Source of the DNA: a virus
Taxonomy: Duplodnaviria; Caudoviricetes
Virus record (IMG/VR): IMGVR_UViG_3300016649_000238
Location: 1-39,367 of that record
Strand: one strand, 5' to 3'
Length of the DNA: 39,367 bases
The notes under the pieces were generated by a model. It saw nothing but the letters and a program-made list of their open reading frames with translations, did no database searches and was not told the origin of the DNA. Below, piece after piece: positions 1 through 9,323 of this stretch; position 1 is the first letter of the stretch, and every line of letters starts with the position of its first letter. The translations under genes were made by a program, and so were the position numbers.

Positions 1-477
1 TTCATTGCCAGGCTGTGAACCCCTGAGTACTGCCAATCCATCTACATTTTGGTAATACTTAAACAATGCAAATCCGTTTACATCTTGATAGGTTCTAAAA
101 GACTGCCCTGAGGTTGTTGCTGCAATGCCTTCTGCAGTCGTTGCGAATGTCGTGCCGCCATCAGAGATAGACTGGGCGTTTCCCGCTGCGACTTGAGCTG
201 CCGCCATGGCAGTCTGTGAGTTTTGGTTACTTAATTCCGCTTCTGCTGCTGACTGTGATGCTTGGTCAGCACTCACGATTGCTTGTTGCCCTGCAGTGGT
301 AATTTCATCAATCCTGGCTGCAACTTGAGCCTGAAGAACAGGAAATGACTCCCCTTTTCGGTTTGTAGCCTCACCTGAAGTATTATTTACGAACTCGTCA
401 ATTGTAAGCAGGTTGTCATTTAAATCCGTGAGAACGCTTGAAGGCACTGGATTATCGGTGTTATAACGCTGTGACAT
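1..477 (-). CDS. Tail spike/tail fibre, N-terminal part (truncated by window edge)
   Basis: Own translation MSQRYNTDNPVPSSVLTDLNDNLLTIDEFVN..., open to base 1; YNTxNPVPS-type N-terminus; follows baseplate genes. Confidence 0.75.
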   Translation of the reverse strand, partial: MSQRYNTDNPVPSSVLTDLNDNLLTIDEFVNNTSGEATNRKGESFPVLQAQVAARIDEITTAGQQAIVSADQASQSAAEAELSNQNSQTAMAAAQVAAGNAQSISDGGTTFATTAEGIAATTSGQSFRTYQDVNGFALFKYYQNVDGLAVLRGSQPGNE

Positions 478-523
478 TTTTATTCCTTACTAATAACTTT
501 CATAATTTAATTAGCGGAACAAG

Positions 524-1294
524 TTATAAGTTTCGCTCCCACGCTCCATTATCGAAACCGGCAACATAATCATTATCCACATCGAAACCAAAAAATTGGT
601 AACCGTCAGAAGGTGTAATGATTTCACCGGAGAAAACCCCCGCAGCCTTGACCGTTAAATAACCCTGTTTAATTACCGCGATTATTTCAGCCGATGCGGA
701 GTTCATTGATAATGCCGTGTAATCTGTTGCCACATAACCTTCTGGCAGCGTCACAAACCCATCCCCGTTTAAACTGTTATCCAGAATAAGCCGGTCAGTA
801 TCGCTGAGGGTTTGCGGTTCGGATAAAACCCAGATTGAAATAGTCATGTCCTGATTATCGACTATTGCCATTCTGACGCCGGAACCAGCCAAGGCTGTAT
901 TCAGGATTTCAGGTAAGGTTTCGTTTGTGCCATCCCAGTGGTTAATGGCAATTTTTGCCTTCAGCACAATCCGGTAAACTTCATCGCTAAGGCTGGTAAA
1001 CCCTTCATCTGGGTCATATGGCCCTTGCCATGAACCCTGATCGTACCCAAGATTATCGGTATCAAAAGAGAAGTAGACGCCGGAGATTGGCTGGCTAACA
1101 ACGCGCGATCTGCCAATCCATTTCCCCAAAATATCTAACTGGACGCCCTCCGCAGCATCAATATCAAACTTTGAAATTAAACCTGAGATTGAACCAATAG
1201 CGTCGGTGAAAGGTCGGGTTATCAGGTCAATGTGATCGACAAAGAGAGGTTTTTGCCGATGATAGTTAGTGATGAGTTCGGTGTATTTACTCAT
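524..1294 (-). CDS. Baseplate wedge protein, DUF2612-like
   Basis: AEGVQLDILGKWIGRSR and LSDEVYRIVLKAKIAINHWDG motifs; directly after baseplate J. Confidence 0.85.
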   Translation of the reverse strand: MSKYTELITNYHRQKPLFVDHIDLITRPFTDAIGSISGLISKFDIDAAEGVQLDILGKWIGRSRVVSQPISGVYFSFDTDNLGYDQGSWQGPYDPDEGFTSLSDEVYRIVLKAKIAINHWDGTNETLPEILNTALAGSGVRMAIVDNQDMTISIWVLSEPQTLSDTDRLILDNSLNGDGFVTLPEGYVATDYTALSMNSASAEIIAVIKQGYLTVKAAGVFSGEIITPSDGYQFFGFDVDNDYVAGFDNGAWERNL

Positions 1295-2490
1295 GGCGAA
1301 ACCGTTATATTGATGTTTGCAACATCACAGGTTGCTGACTCATCAAAAACAATGGTGATATTGCTGGCCGATAATGAACCAGTGCTTTTCCCTATCAGCA
1401 GACTGGTAATATCGTAATAGCGACTTTCCCCACCACTGACCACGCCGAGGTTTGCCGGGGAATAGACCCGGCTTAAAAGCACATCAGCCCCGATGCTCAG
1501 GGAATTAATGTAAGCGGCAACCGCCGTTTTGATATCTGCGCCGACTTGAGACGTATACCCGGAAAATGCCTGGATGGTTATATCGACATATACCGGGACC
1601 GGAACAGGGCGATTAAACCCAATGGGATGAGGGTTCCCGTAGGTGTCCAAAATGGTGATGATCGTGCTGCCGTTCGGCGTGACGCCCTGACCTTTTTTCA
1701 AGCGGATGACCGTTGCAATTTCCGTCGCGTCACCACCATCAACCACGGCGGTGATCGAGTGTGCCGGCAATCCGTTACTATCAACGGTACCGGTGTCGTT
1801 CTCATAAAGCACATGGCGTTTAACGCCGGAAATGTTAGCGATAGCCCCATCAAGCGCATCAAATGGCGTTATTGAGGATAAGGCAACGCTCTGAGTTTGC
1901 CGCGTGCGCAGGGCCGCATCGGTCTCTGCCGCAGTACCTACCGTGGCCGCGCTCGGGTTTGTGACCGACACCCAGCCACGTGTCGGCGTATTGATGCCGG
2001 TGACCGTACCAGCCAGCGCAGCGACCGCACCCGCAGTGGCGCAAGTGGCCGTAACCAGCACGGTGCCATCGATGCCAATAACCACCGATGCAGGTAACGT
2101 CCAGATAATATTGTTTGAATCTTTCGCTGACCCATTGGTAATTTCCAGCCCGATAGTGCCGGTAATCAGCAAATCTACGGTCGAGTTATTCGCCACGCCG
2201 CGAGAAATGCCGTTTATCTTCACGTTGCTGGACAGGCCAACACCGATACCCGTTGCCGGAGAGAATGAGTTATAGGTGGCAATCGCAGTATTGTTGGCGT
2301 CGTGGATGCCCAGCGCATACAACGCCACCATTTGCCCGTCTTTACTGTCTGGATCTAAGTAGGCATCAGATCCGTAAATTTGCTGAAAGTAGCCGGTTAA
2401 TGTGCTGAGGATGGTCTGGTAATCAGGCGCGCTGATCCCCTGAGCTGTTACCGTCGCCGATAACCCCAGTGTGTCAAGATTGATAGCCAT
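1291..2490 (-). CDS. Baseplate J/gp47-like protein
   Basis: 399 aa; GTAAETDAALRTR and YENDTGTVDSNGLPAHSI motifs; position. Confidence 0.88.
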   Translation of the reverse strand: MAINLDTLGLSATVTAQGISAPDYQTILSTLTGYFQQIYGSDAYLDPDSKDGQMVALYALGIHDANNTAIATYNSFSPATGIGVGLSSNVKINGISRGVANNSTVDLLITGTIGLEITNGSAKDSNNIIWTLPASVVIGIDGTVLVTATCATAGAVAALAGTVTGINTPTRGWVSVTNPSAATVGTAAETDAALRTRQTQSVALSSITPFDALDGAIANISGVKRHVLYENDTGTVDSNGLPAHSITAVVDGGDATEIATVIRLKKGQGVTPNGSTIITILDTYGNPHPIGFNRPVPVPVYVDITIQAFSGYTSQVGADIKTAVAAYINSLSIGADVLLSRVYSPANLGVVSGGESRYYDITSLLIGKSTGSLSASNITIVFDESATCDVANINITVSP

Positions 2491-2843
2491 TACGCCTCGC
2501 TTGTTACTGTGGACTTGCCGTAAATGGTGTCTATGGTAGCCGTGAAAGATACGCGCCGTGTGGCGCTGTCAACGGACGTATCAAATGAGATAATTGAATT
2601 CACGCCCTGCGTTTGCAGGATGTGCTGGCGGATCGCCAGGTTATAAACGTCGGGGCTTTGCTTTCCGAGAACTGACTGGATGTAAGGCGTTCCGGCGGTC
2701 GTGTCGAGGAACCATTGCCCGCGCCAGAGTAAGAAGCGCGTTTTCACCGCCTGCGCCACCGTATCCGGCGAGTTAATCAGAAACGTGTTATCGCCCCGGC
2801 CAAACGTGTAATCTCCGTCAGCGTCTTCGCGTCGATATCTCAT
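2490..2843 (-). CDS. Baseplate wedge/sheath-initiator-like protein
   Basis: 117 aa; VAQAVKTRFLLWRGQWFLDT motif; between spike and J. Confidence 0.75.
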   Translation of the reverse strand: MRYRREDADGDYTFGRGDNTFLINSPDTVAQAVKTRFLLWRGQWFLDTTAGTPYIQSVLGKQSPDVYNLAIRQHILQTQGVNSIISFDTSVDSATRRVSFTATIDTIYGKSTVTSEA

Positions 2844-2844
2844 A

Positions 2845-3597
2845 TCAGTTCACCTTGTCGGTATTCCCGCTGCCTGTCTGGACGCCGCCATGCGTATGCT
2901 GATCGCTGATGTCTTTGTCGTTGGATGTCAGCGTACCGATAAATTTGATGGCGCCGGTAATTGTTGCCGCCGTGCCGGATGCAATGGTGCCGATCATGCC
3001 GCCCATCCACGATAAAAGGCCATGAATAGTCACGGCCGCCGAGAACGTGGATTGCGGCGCCGTAACGTTGAATCCGCCAGGGGCGACAATATTGATCGTT
3101 TGTGTGGCCGGATTAAGTTCGAAATACGTTGAACCGTCGTCACTGCGCATCTGTGCTGTATTGGTACTGATGCCGCTGATTTTCTGCGCCTGAGACTGTG
3201 GTCCGACAATGGCAAAGGCATCAGATAAATCATGCTGCCGAGGGTCCACCGGCTCCTGAACGCCGCCGCTCTGCCACCAAAAGTCGATGCAGCGATCGGA
3301 AAAAATGACCAGACATTCATCGCCAGCTTTAACCGGGAACGTCAAAGTTACCCCGCCGCCGCGCGGGAAAATCACCGGGACATCCAACAAAAGCGGGTAA
3401 TCATTGGTGCTCTGATTACCATCATTATCAGTCTGAACATATCGGATAGCTGGTTGCACGACACAGGTAACGGATTCCGGGTCGAACGACTGGATGATCC
3501 CGGGCATAGCCACTCGTAACTGGTTATTGATTTTATTACGTTCAGTTTTTAGAACTTCAGCAAGATCACCGGTGCGTACTTGGTCTGACACGGCCAT
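2845..3597 (-). CDS. Baseplate central spike, Gp138 family
   Basis: VAMPGIIQSFD, LTFPVKAGDECLVIFSDRCID, HDLSDA and C-terminal HTH (HxH) tip; start moved to ATG 3597 behind GGAG. Confidence 0.85.
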   Translation of the reverse strand: MAVSDQVRTGDLAEVLKTERNKINNQLRVAMPGIIQSFDPESVTCVVQPAIRYVQTDNDGNQSTNDYPLLLDVPVIFPRGGGVTLTFPVKAGDECLVIFSDRCIDFWWQSGGVQEPVDPRQHDLSDAFAIVGPQSQAQKISGISTNTAQMRSDDGSTYFELNPATQTINIVAPGGFNVTAPQSTFSAAVTIHGLLSWMGGMIGTIASGTAATITGAIKFIGTLTSNDKDISDQHTHGGVQTGSGNTDKVN

Positions 3598-3616
3598 TTC
3601 AATTTCTCCAGGCAAT

Positions 3617-3638
3617 AAAAAACCCGCACATTAGCGGG
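3617..3638 (-). terminator. Rho-independent terminator
   Basis: CCCGC-taatgt-GCGGG followed by T6 on minus strand. Confidence 0.7.
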
Positions 3639-3659
3639 CTGTTTATGATGACCAAAAAT

Positions 3660-3977
3660 CTATTTTTTCAGATCCCTTGCGGCTGAAAGTAACTTGCGCT
3701 GGCTATCTAGTTTTTGGTGGATTACTCGACAGGCTGGGGCGCTGATATAATCAGATGCAGGTCTAGCTGATGGATCAGTGTTGCAAATTGTGGCTGCAAG
3801 CTCAGTGGCTTCCGCAATATAGTCCATACCATTATCCAAACTACCGGTTTTTTCCATGGAGATTTGTTGAGACTTCGCAATAACAAAATCTCTGGCTTCT
3901 TCAAAGTCATCCGTAGAATTTGCGTAAGCTAAGATAGATGAGGTTAGCAAAGCGATTATTAGAATAAATTTCATCAT
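3660..3977 (-). CDS. Small exported protein, moron-like
   Basis: Signal peptide MKFILIIALLTSSILAYA; two Cys; AT-rich. Confidence 0.65.
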   Translation of the reverse strand: MMKFILIIALLTSSILAYANSTDDFEEARDFVIAKSQQISMEKTGSLDNGMDYIAEATELAATICNTDPSARPASDYISAPACRVIHQKLDSQRKLLSAARDLKK

Positions 3978-4318
3978 TAATCATTTACCTTTTTACAAGA
4001 AAATGAACCTATTATTTTCGGAGCGTCCAAGCTGTTTTGTAATAATTGAACGTTCAGGAAACGTGAGTTACTGCCAGGCCGATGAATGTACTGGAAACCA
4101 TAGTTGTTCCCACTACGGGAAGGCATGAGAGTCATGTCTATCTTTATCCCATCTTCGCCCAGAAAAGCTATTTTTTGGGTCGTGACTCGCTCACCATTGA
4201 TCGAGTTAAGCTGCCCCTCTCTCGCTATCATTGAGTAAGGACCGCATTCTGCAGTATAGCCATTAGCTACCGCGCCAGATGATAAGGCGGCAGTGATGAG
4301 AAAGACGATAACCTTCAT
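3977..4318 (-). CDS. Small exported protein
   Basis: Signal peptide MKVIVFLITAALSSGAVA; Cys near each end of the mature chain. Confidence 0.7.
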   Translation of the reverse strand: MKVIVFLITAALSSGAVANGYTAECGPYSMIAREGQLNSINGERVTTQKIAFLGEDGIKIDMTLMPSRSGNNYGFQYIHRPGSNSRFLNVQLLQNSLDAPKIIGSFSCKKVND

Positions 4319-4320
4319 AG

Positions 4321-5400
4321 CTAGCCTCGGTTAAGTGCTGTGGAAGACTGTAGATCGGCAGCATCGCGCGCAGCACACATCATATCCATGTACCACGCCT
4401 GCCCCCTCGTCTCGCCAGTGTACATTATGCCCCGGACAATATACACGCCGTCCGTCGCAAGGCTTGCCGTATTCGATTGGCTCACTGGTAGATTAATTGT
4501 GGAGTTTCCATTCGCAACGGTCGCCGAGAATGGTCCGTTCGACAAACGCAGATCACCTTCAGGTATTGCAACCTGATTAATTAGAACTTCCGCCTGATTA
4601 AGCCGGATGAGGCTGTTTACGTGAATATTGGGGTTAATCAGGCATCTGACATTAACACCCTGCCCGATTGTCTGCTGAGGCATCCCAATCAGACCTGTGG
4701 AGCTGTTCAATTCAATAGCCAATGACTCATCAGGGATGGAATTGGTCATTACCCGGACGCCGTTCACCATCATCCAGGTGCCGCGACATTGATTGGCCAC
4801 GTTATCCATCAGATCCCGGGTCATCCCGAACAGCACGCGCCCGCGCGGAAAAACAGTCGCGGGCATTGTTACCTGACTATTATCCTCGGCAATACCAAAA
4901 GGAGAAAAATCTTTCATTAACGCTTTGTTCATGTCGGCAACGGTATAACCCGCCGACAACGTGGAGCCGGACATCGCGGAGATGAATGCGCTATCCGAAT
5001 CAGCCGCCTGAATCAGAACGTAGGTGTCAGTTGGGTTTTCACGACCGGTCATTGAATAACGGATGTCGCCGCTATAAATCAGCCCGAAATTTTCGTTACC
5101 GGACTGACCTTCAGCATCGGCAGAATTAACGGCCCGCGCCACTCCCACCTGGTTCTGGCTGACTACCGGTGTGACACCATCATAACCAGCAATAATCCTT
5201 ACCTTTGAAAACTCCTCTTGGAGTATCCGATCCACCGTGTCTTTTGCAAGGTTGTAGATGGTAAAGGTGGCGATCCTCGTCGCGCTGCTAATATTGAACC
5301 AGTCAATTCTAAAGCTAACTTTAAAATCACTGAGGTCTATCCCCTTGCCGTCCTTATCCAGTAACTGCAGTTCAAAATGACGCATCCAGTTCTGTGACAT
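4321..5400 (-). CDS. Baseplate hub-like protein
   Basis: 359 aa; MSQNWMRHFELQL, FTIYNL, IAGY, FPRG, TGLIGMP motifs; position. Confidence 0.75.
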   Translation of the reverse strand: MSQNWMRHFELQLLDKDGKGIDLSDFKVSFRIDWFNISSATRIATFTIYNLAKDTVDRILQEEFSKVRIIAGYDGVTPVVSQNQVGVARAVNSADAEGQSGNENFGLIYSGDIRYSMTGRENPTDTYVLIQAADSDSAFISAMSGSTLSAGYTVADMNKALMKDFSPFGIAEDNSQVTMPATVFPRGRVLFGMTRDLMDNVANQCRGTWMMVNGVRVMTNSIPDESLAIELNSSTGLIGMPQQTIGQGVNVRCLINPNIHVNSLIRLNQAEVLINQVAIPEGDLRLSNGPFSATVANGNSTINLPVSQSNTASLATDGVYIVRGIMYTGETRGQAWYMDMMCAARDAADLQSSTALNRG

Positions 5401-5403
5401 TTG

Positions 5404-5706
5404 TTACTCCGTTACGATGAGGAGGTGCGACTGACTACCGAGATCAGATTCGGTTGGGTTTTCCTGCCCGCTAACATCGCAAATAACCACCAAGGAAAAA
5501 CCAAAGCCAAGATATTGGTATTGTGCCAGTAAGTCAGCGCCGGTTATCAGAGGGATGCCAAACACTAACGGGGCGTTGGTTGAATCCGATATATCAAGTG
5601 TCCAAAATGCCCCGCGCCAATTAACCTGCATCTGATACTGAGCCCCCAAGATAGTTATTGAGAACTTTTGATTGTTCGCAGAAAGTGGTATTTCCGTTGT
5701 GTTCAT
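5404..5706 (-). CDS. Baseplate plug-like small protein
   Basis: EIPL...GIPLITGADLLAQYQYLG; position. Confidence 0.7.
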   Translation of the reverse strand: MNTTEIPLSANNQKFSITILGAQYQMQVNWRGAFWTLDISDSTNAPLVFGIPLITGADLLAQYQYLGFGFSLVVICDVSGQENPTESDLGSQSHLLIVTE

Positions 5707-6320
5707 TTTACGGGGACTCCGATAAATGAAAGTGCACCACCGACAAACCCACCGGTGGCATTGTTTAATTTCCCTAAGATTGAGTCATTTGGCTTGGTAG
5801 GGGTTTTAACGCCGGAGTTCTGAACCGCCGAAGTATTAACACCCTCGGTCATGTTCGATTTATCCGCAACTTGCACGGTGCTAGTTGAGGTGATGATGAC
5901 CTCACGCAGCGTCAAAACTGCCATTAGCACATTTTCGCTGGTCCTATCAGTTGTCACCTCGACGTTGCGCAGAAGCATATTCTGATAAAGACGTTTCCCC
6001 GTAACGACATCAAAAGGGGTTCGCTCGCGCTGTAAGTTGATGATATTTTCATAAACCTCGCGCGGACTTAGCCCAAGAGAGCCAGTTGCAGTTGAAACAT
6101 CCGCGAAATCAAACAAGTAACCCCCGCCAGCGAAGCCCAATTCCATTACCACTTCAGCAGGACGCCTGTAAGCATGATCAGAAATAGCCGCCCCAACCTC
6201 CACAGGGTGCTCGGTTATTTCAAGAGCATCGGAATGCTTTTCGGATATCACCACATCAGGGATGATAATCCCGATCCGCCGACTCTGTAGATGGAATAAC
6301 GTAGAAATGATATCCATCAC
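5703..6320 (-). CDS. Dit-like tail/baseplate initiator protein
   Basis: ITEHPVEVGAAISDHAY motif; directly after tape measure. Confidence 0.78.
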   Translation of the reverse strand: MMDIISTLFHLQSRRIGIIIPDVVISEKHSDALEITEHPVEVGAAISDHAYRRPAEVVMELGFAGGGYLFDFADVSTATGSLGLSPREVYENIINLQRERTPFDVVTGKRLYQNMLLRNVEVTTDRTSENVLMAVLTLREVIITSTSTVQVADKSNMTEGVNTSAVQNSGVKTPTKPNDSILGKLNNATGGFVGGALSFIGVPVK

Positions 6321-8263
6321 CCTCTCCCGTTCTGATTGGTTCTCATAACCTGAGCGTTTGCTGAGACCTGTCGTTGACCGACTTCCCTGCCAATCTCTTT
6401 CGGGTCCCCACCATAAATGTAATAGGTATTATTTTGCTCAAGCTTATGCGTGGTATGCCCTGGCATATTACTGAGCACTTTCGGCACGTATTCCCGCGTC
6501 TGCTGTGGCATCAAATCCATTCCATACTTTTGGACGTTCCCGATCCCCCAGTTATATGATGCGAGTGCTTTATTCAGGTCGCCGCCGTTTGCCTTCAGTA
6601 ACTGAGCTAAATACTTAGCCGCTGCCTGCGCAGCTTTTACCGGGTCAAAAGCATCATTGCCGCGCAACCCCAGTTCTTCACCTGTACTGTCTACGATTTG
6701 AAACAATCCCTTCGCCCGACCATATTTGGTCATAGGGCCTACAGCATTAGGGTTTCCGGAAGATTCAGTGATCGCCACACTCTTCAGGATTCCGTCAGGC
6801 AAGTGGTAAATAGATTCCAGCTTATCCAGTGTGGGGCTTAACCACCCCAGCAACGCCGCACCACTGGCCGATGCTTGTGGCCGCTTCACCGATTGAGCAA
6901 ACTGCGCAGGATCACCGCCATCAGGCGTACCGCTGAAGAAGTTCTGCATGTCCTCTGTGTCTTTGTCGGACATGATGTGAGCTTTTCGAAGGAGTCGCCA
7001 GAACGGGCTGTTTGCCAGCTTACGGCCGAAGTCCTCAAAGAATCCGTTGAACCTGCGGTTCACGTAATCGATGGCATCAGTAATAGCTTTCGACCAGTCA
7101 CCCTTCATAAAATCAGAAAGGCCTTTCAGCGTCCCTTTCCAGTCCATCGTGCCTGAGTTTAAGGCATTGAGTTTCTCGGTGAACCAATCGAGGGCTTTTT
7201 TGGCTGACTCTATACCGGGTTGCCACTTTTCCCAGTCAATTAGGCTTTTCCCGCCTTCCTTCCACGATTTGTAATCGTCATAAAGGCCGAACAACGCGAG
7301 AGCAAGTGCGCTAACAAACCCAATTGGAGACATCAGAAAAGCGCTGTTAAGAATGCGCCAAGCCAAAAGCAGAGCACCGAACGTTTCAATAAGATGTTGC
7401 GTTGCGGTATCAAGGCCTTTCCACCACTCCCGGATATCCCCCGCAGCCTGAATCAGCCGGTACACGACGCGCCCGATGGTATCCGCCAACCAAAGCAGCC
7501 CCTTGACGCCCCGCGTGATGGTGTCTTCAATTTTTGGGAAATTATCGAGGATTTGCTTTCGCAGGTTATCGATCGAACCCGCCAATCCGTCAGCGAGATT
7601 AGACCCGATTTTGTCCCGCGCCATGCCCGCCATTTCCCCCAGCGAACGTAACGAGGTCATAAACCGGTTAGATGCAGCAGCGGCCTGGTCAGGATTAAAC
7701 CCGATGGCACTTTTCATGGCGTTGTACTGGCCCATGTACTCGCCGATACCTCGGCGCATTGCCATCAGTGTGTTTTCATCAATACCCAGCATCTGCGCAT
7801 ATTGGTTTGCGCGAGGATAAGACATTTTGCTGAGTTGCTGGCCAACACCGGTAAACACGGCAGACATGTCACGCATGTTGCCGCTGGCATCCCGCGTCTG
7901 CACACCCAGGCGGTTCAGAAATCCTTCCGCACCCGGATTATTACGCATAAAGCGCGCCAAGCTTTCCAGCGAACCGCGCGCGGCCTCTGCGTTGGAACCT
8001 GTCTGTGCTGCTGCGTACCCGATCGCTTTTATCCCTGCGACGCTGGCGCCGGTACGCTGTGAGGCCCAGTAAAGGTCATCCAGACCGGCGGCAATTTTGG
8101 TAGTAAACAGCAATACAGTCCCGGCAGCAGCTTCAACGACCGTACCCAATTTCAGCACGTTCGCCGTCACGCCAGCGACGACAGTTTCAAACTTTCTCGC
8201 CCCGACATCATCGACATCAAATCCCAGGGAGATCAGGAAATCTTTCAACGTTTCAGCGTTCAT
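6317..8263 (-). CDS. Tape measure protein with C-terminal lytic transglycosylase (SLT) domain
   Basis: Helical Ala/Gly-rich body; ESSGNPNAVG, AKGLFQ and ALASYNWG SLT motifs. Confidence 0.9.
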   Translation of the reverse strand: MNAETLKDFLISLGFDVDDVGARKFETVVAGVTANVLKLGTVVEAAAGTVLLFTTKIAAGLDDLYWASQRTGASVAGIKAIGYAAAQTGSNAEAARGSLESLARFMRNNPGAEGFLNRLGVQTRDASGNMRDMSAVFTGVGQQLSKMSYPRANQYAQMLGIDENTLMAMRRGIGEYMGQYNAMKSAIGFNPDQAAAASNRFMTSLRSLGEMAGMARDKIGSNLADGLAGSIDNLRKQILDNFPKIEDTITRGVKGLLWLADTIGRVVYRLIQAAGDIREWWKGLDTATQHLIETFGALLLAWRILNSAFLMSPIGFVSALALALFGLYDDYKSWKEGGKSLIDWEKWQPGIESAKKALDWFTEKLNALNSGTMDWKGTLKGLSDFMKGDWSKAITDAIDYVNRRFNGFFEDFGRKLANSPFWRLLRKAHIMSDKDTEDMQNFFSGTPDGGDPAQFAQSVKRPQASASGAALLGWLSPTLDKLESIYHLPDGILKSVAITESSGNPNAVGPMTKYGRAKGLFQIVDSTGEELGLRGNDAFDPVKAAQAAAKYLAQLLKANGGDLNKALASYNWGIGNVQKYGMDLMPQQTREYVPKVLSNMPGHTTHKLEQNNTYYIYGGDPKEIGREVGQRQVSANAQVMRTNQNGRG

Positions 8264-8501
8264 TATCCGCTCTCCACCTGGCTATCCGCGCCTCGTTATC
8301 GTTTTCCATTTTCAGGAAATCATTCATCATTGCGATATCGTACAGATCAATCGCGCCCGATTTCAGGTCCTTCATGTCGAGATGAAAAACCTTAACCGGG
8401 CGCAGAATGTAATCCATATCTTCAGGCAATGAGTTGAGCGCTACTCCTCCACCGCCTCCTCTGGCGTCGGCGTTGTAGGGAGTTCTCGCAAAAAATTTCC
8501 C
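8253..8501 (-). CDS. -1 frameshift extension of tail assembly chaperone (GT-like)
   Basis: Open -1 frame from slippery site 8489-8501: FFARTPYNADARGGGGGVALNSLPEDMDYILRPVK...RWRADNER*, stop overlapping tape-measure start. Confidence 0.75.
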   Translation of the reverse strand, partial: GKFFARTPYNADARGGGGGVALNSLPEDMDYILRPVKVFHLDMKDLKSGAIDLYDIAMMNDFLKMENDNEARIARWRADNER

Positions 8502-8869
8502 AGCGAGTCGCCTACCACACGACCAACGATTTGCAGCATATCAACCATGTCCATATCATCGAACGCCAGTTGACCGCCCTGCATTACTGGCGCCCAGCCT
8601 TTCATGTGCTTACGCGCCGCCACAGCCAGACAGGGGAAGATTACCGCGTTGGCGTCTTCATCGCTCAAATCAGAAAGAGACTGAGCAATTTTCGGCAGCA
8701 CCCTTTCCATGATGCTGGCCGAATCCTTTTTTTCCGCCAGTGCTTTGATGGCCTGAAAATCTGAGAGCATCCCGGAGAGCACCGGCAGTAATTTGCGTGA
8801 GACCTTGAACTGGTCAAACACGCTCAGTTTGGCAATGCGGTAGGCATTGCCTTTGATTTCAAATTCCAT
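8441..8869 (-). CDS. Tail assembly chaperone (G-like)
   Basis: Between tube and tape measure; ends with GNF slippery codons. Confidence 0.82.
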   Translation of the reverse strand: MEFEIKGNAYRIAKLSVFDQFKVSRKLLPVLSGMLSDFQAIKALAEKKDSASIMERVLPKIAQSLSDLSDEDANAVIFPCLAVAARKHMKGWAPVMQGGQLAFDDMDMVDMLQIVGRVVGDSLGNFLRELPTTPTPEEAVEE

Positions 8870-8872
8870 CGG

Positions 8873-9313
8873 TTAAAACTCCCCGAGAAGTTCATCGATT
8901 TTACCGCAGTCAAACACCCAGGTAACGAGACCAGCCACTTTAGGGTTAGTGAAATCTGGTTGTTTCTGGAACGCCACTGAACGCGCAGTAACCAGATCGC
9001 CAGATGCTTTGTTACGAAGAACAATCACGTTATTCCCCCATGCGGCAGAAGACAGGCTCTGGGCGTTGTACATCAACGACAGTTTTTTATTCACCGGCGA
9101 TGTTTTCATCAAATTTACGCTGAGCGTGCCGCTCTTACCGGCATGGAGGCTATGCATCACTTCGCCATCAGCACCCGTTGTCATGGTGTTTTTAGCTTCA
9201 GCCATCGTCACGGTAATACCCTCATCGCCATTGGCTGAGCCGTAGCCCAGATCAACAATGCCAGTCACACCAGATAGGGATGCCGTAATATCCTGAAACG
9301 AATAAGTAGACAT
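8873..9313 (-). CDS. Tail tube protein, DUF3277-like
   Basis: 146 aa; TYSF and GADGEVMHS motifs; follows sheath. Confidence 0.82.
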   Translation of the reverse strand: MSTYSFQDITASLSGVTGIVDLGYGSANGDEGITVTMAEAKNTMTTGADGEVMHSLHAGKSGTLSVNLMKTSPVNKKLSLMYNAQSLSSAAWGNNVIVLRNKASGDLVTARSVAFQKQPDFTNPKVAGLVTWVFDCGKIDELLGEF

Positions 9314-9323
9314 GCTTTTTTCC

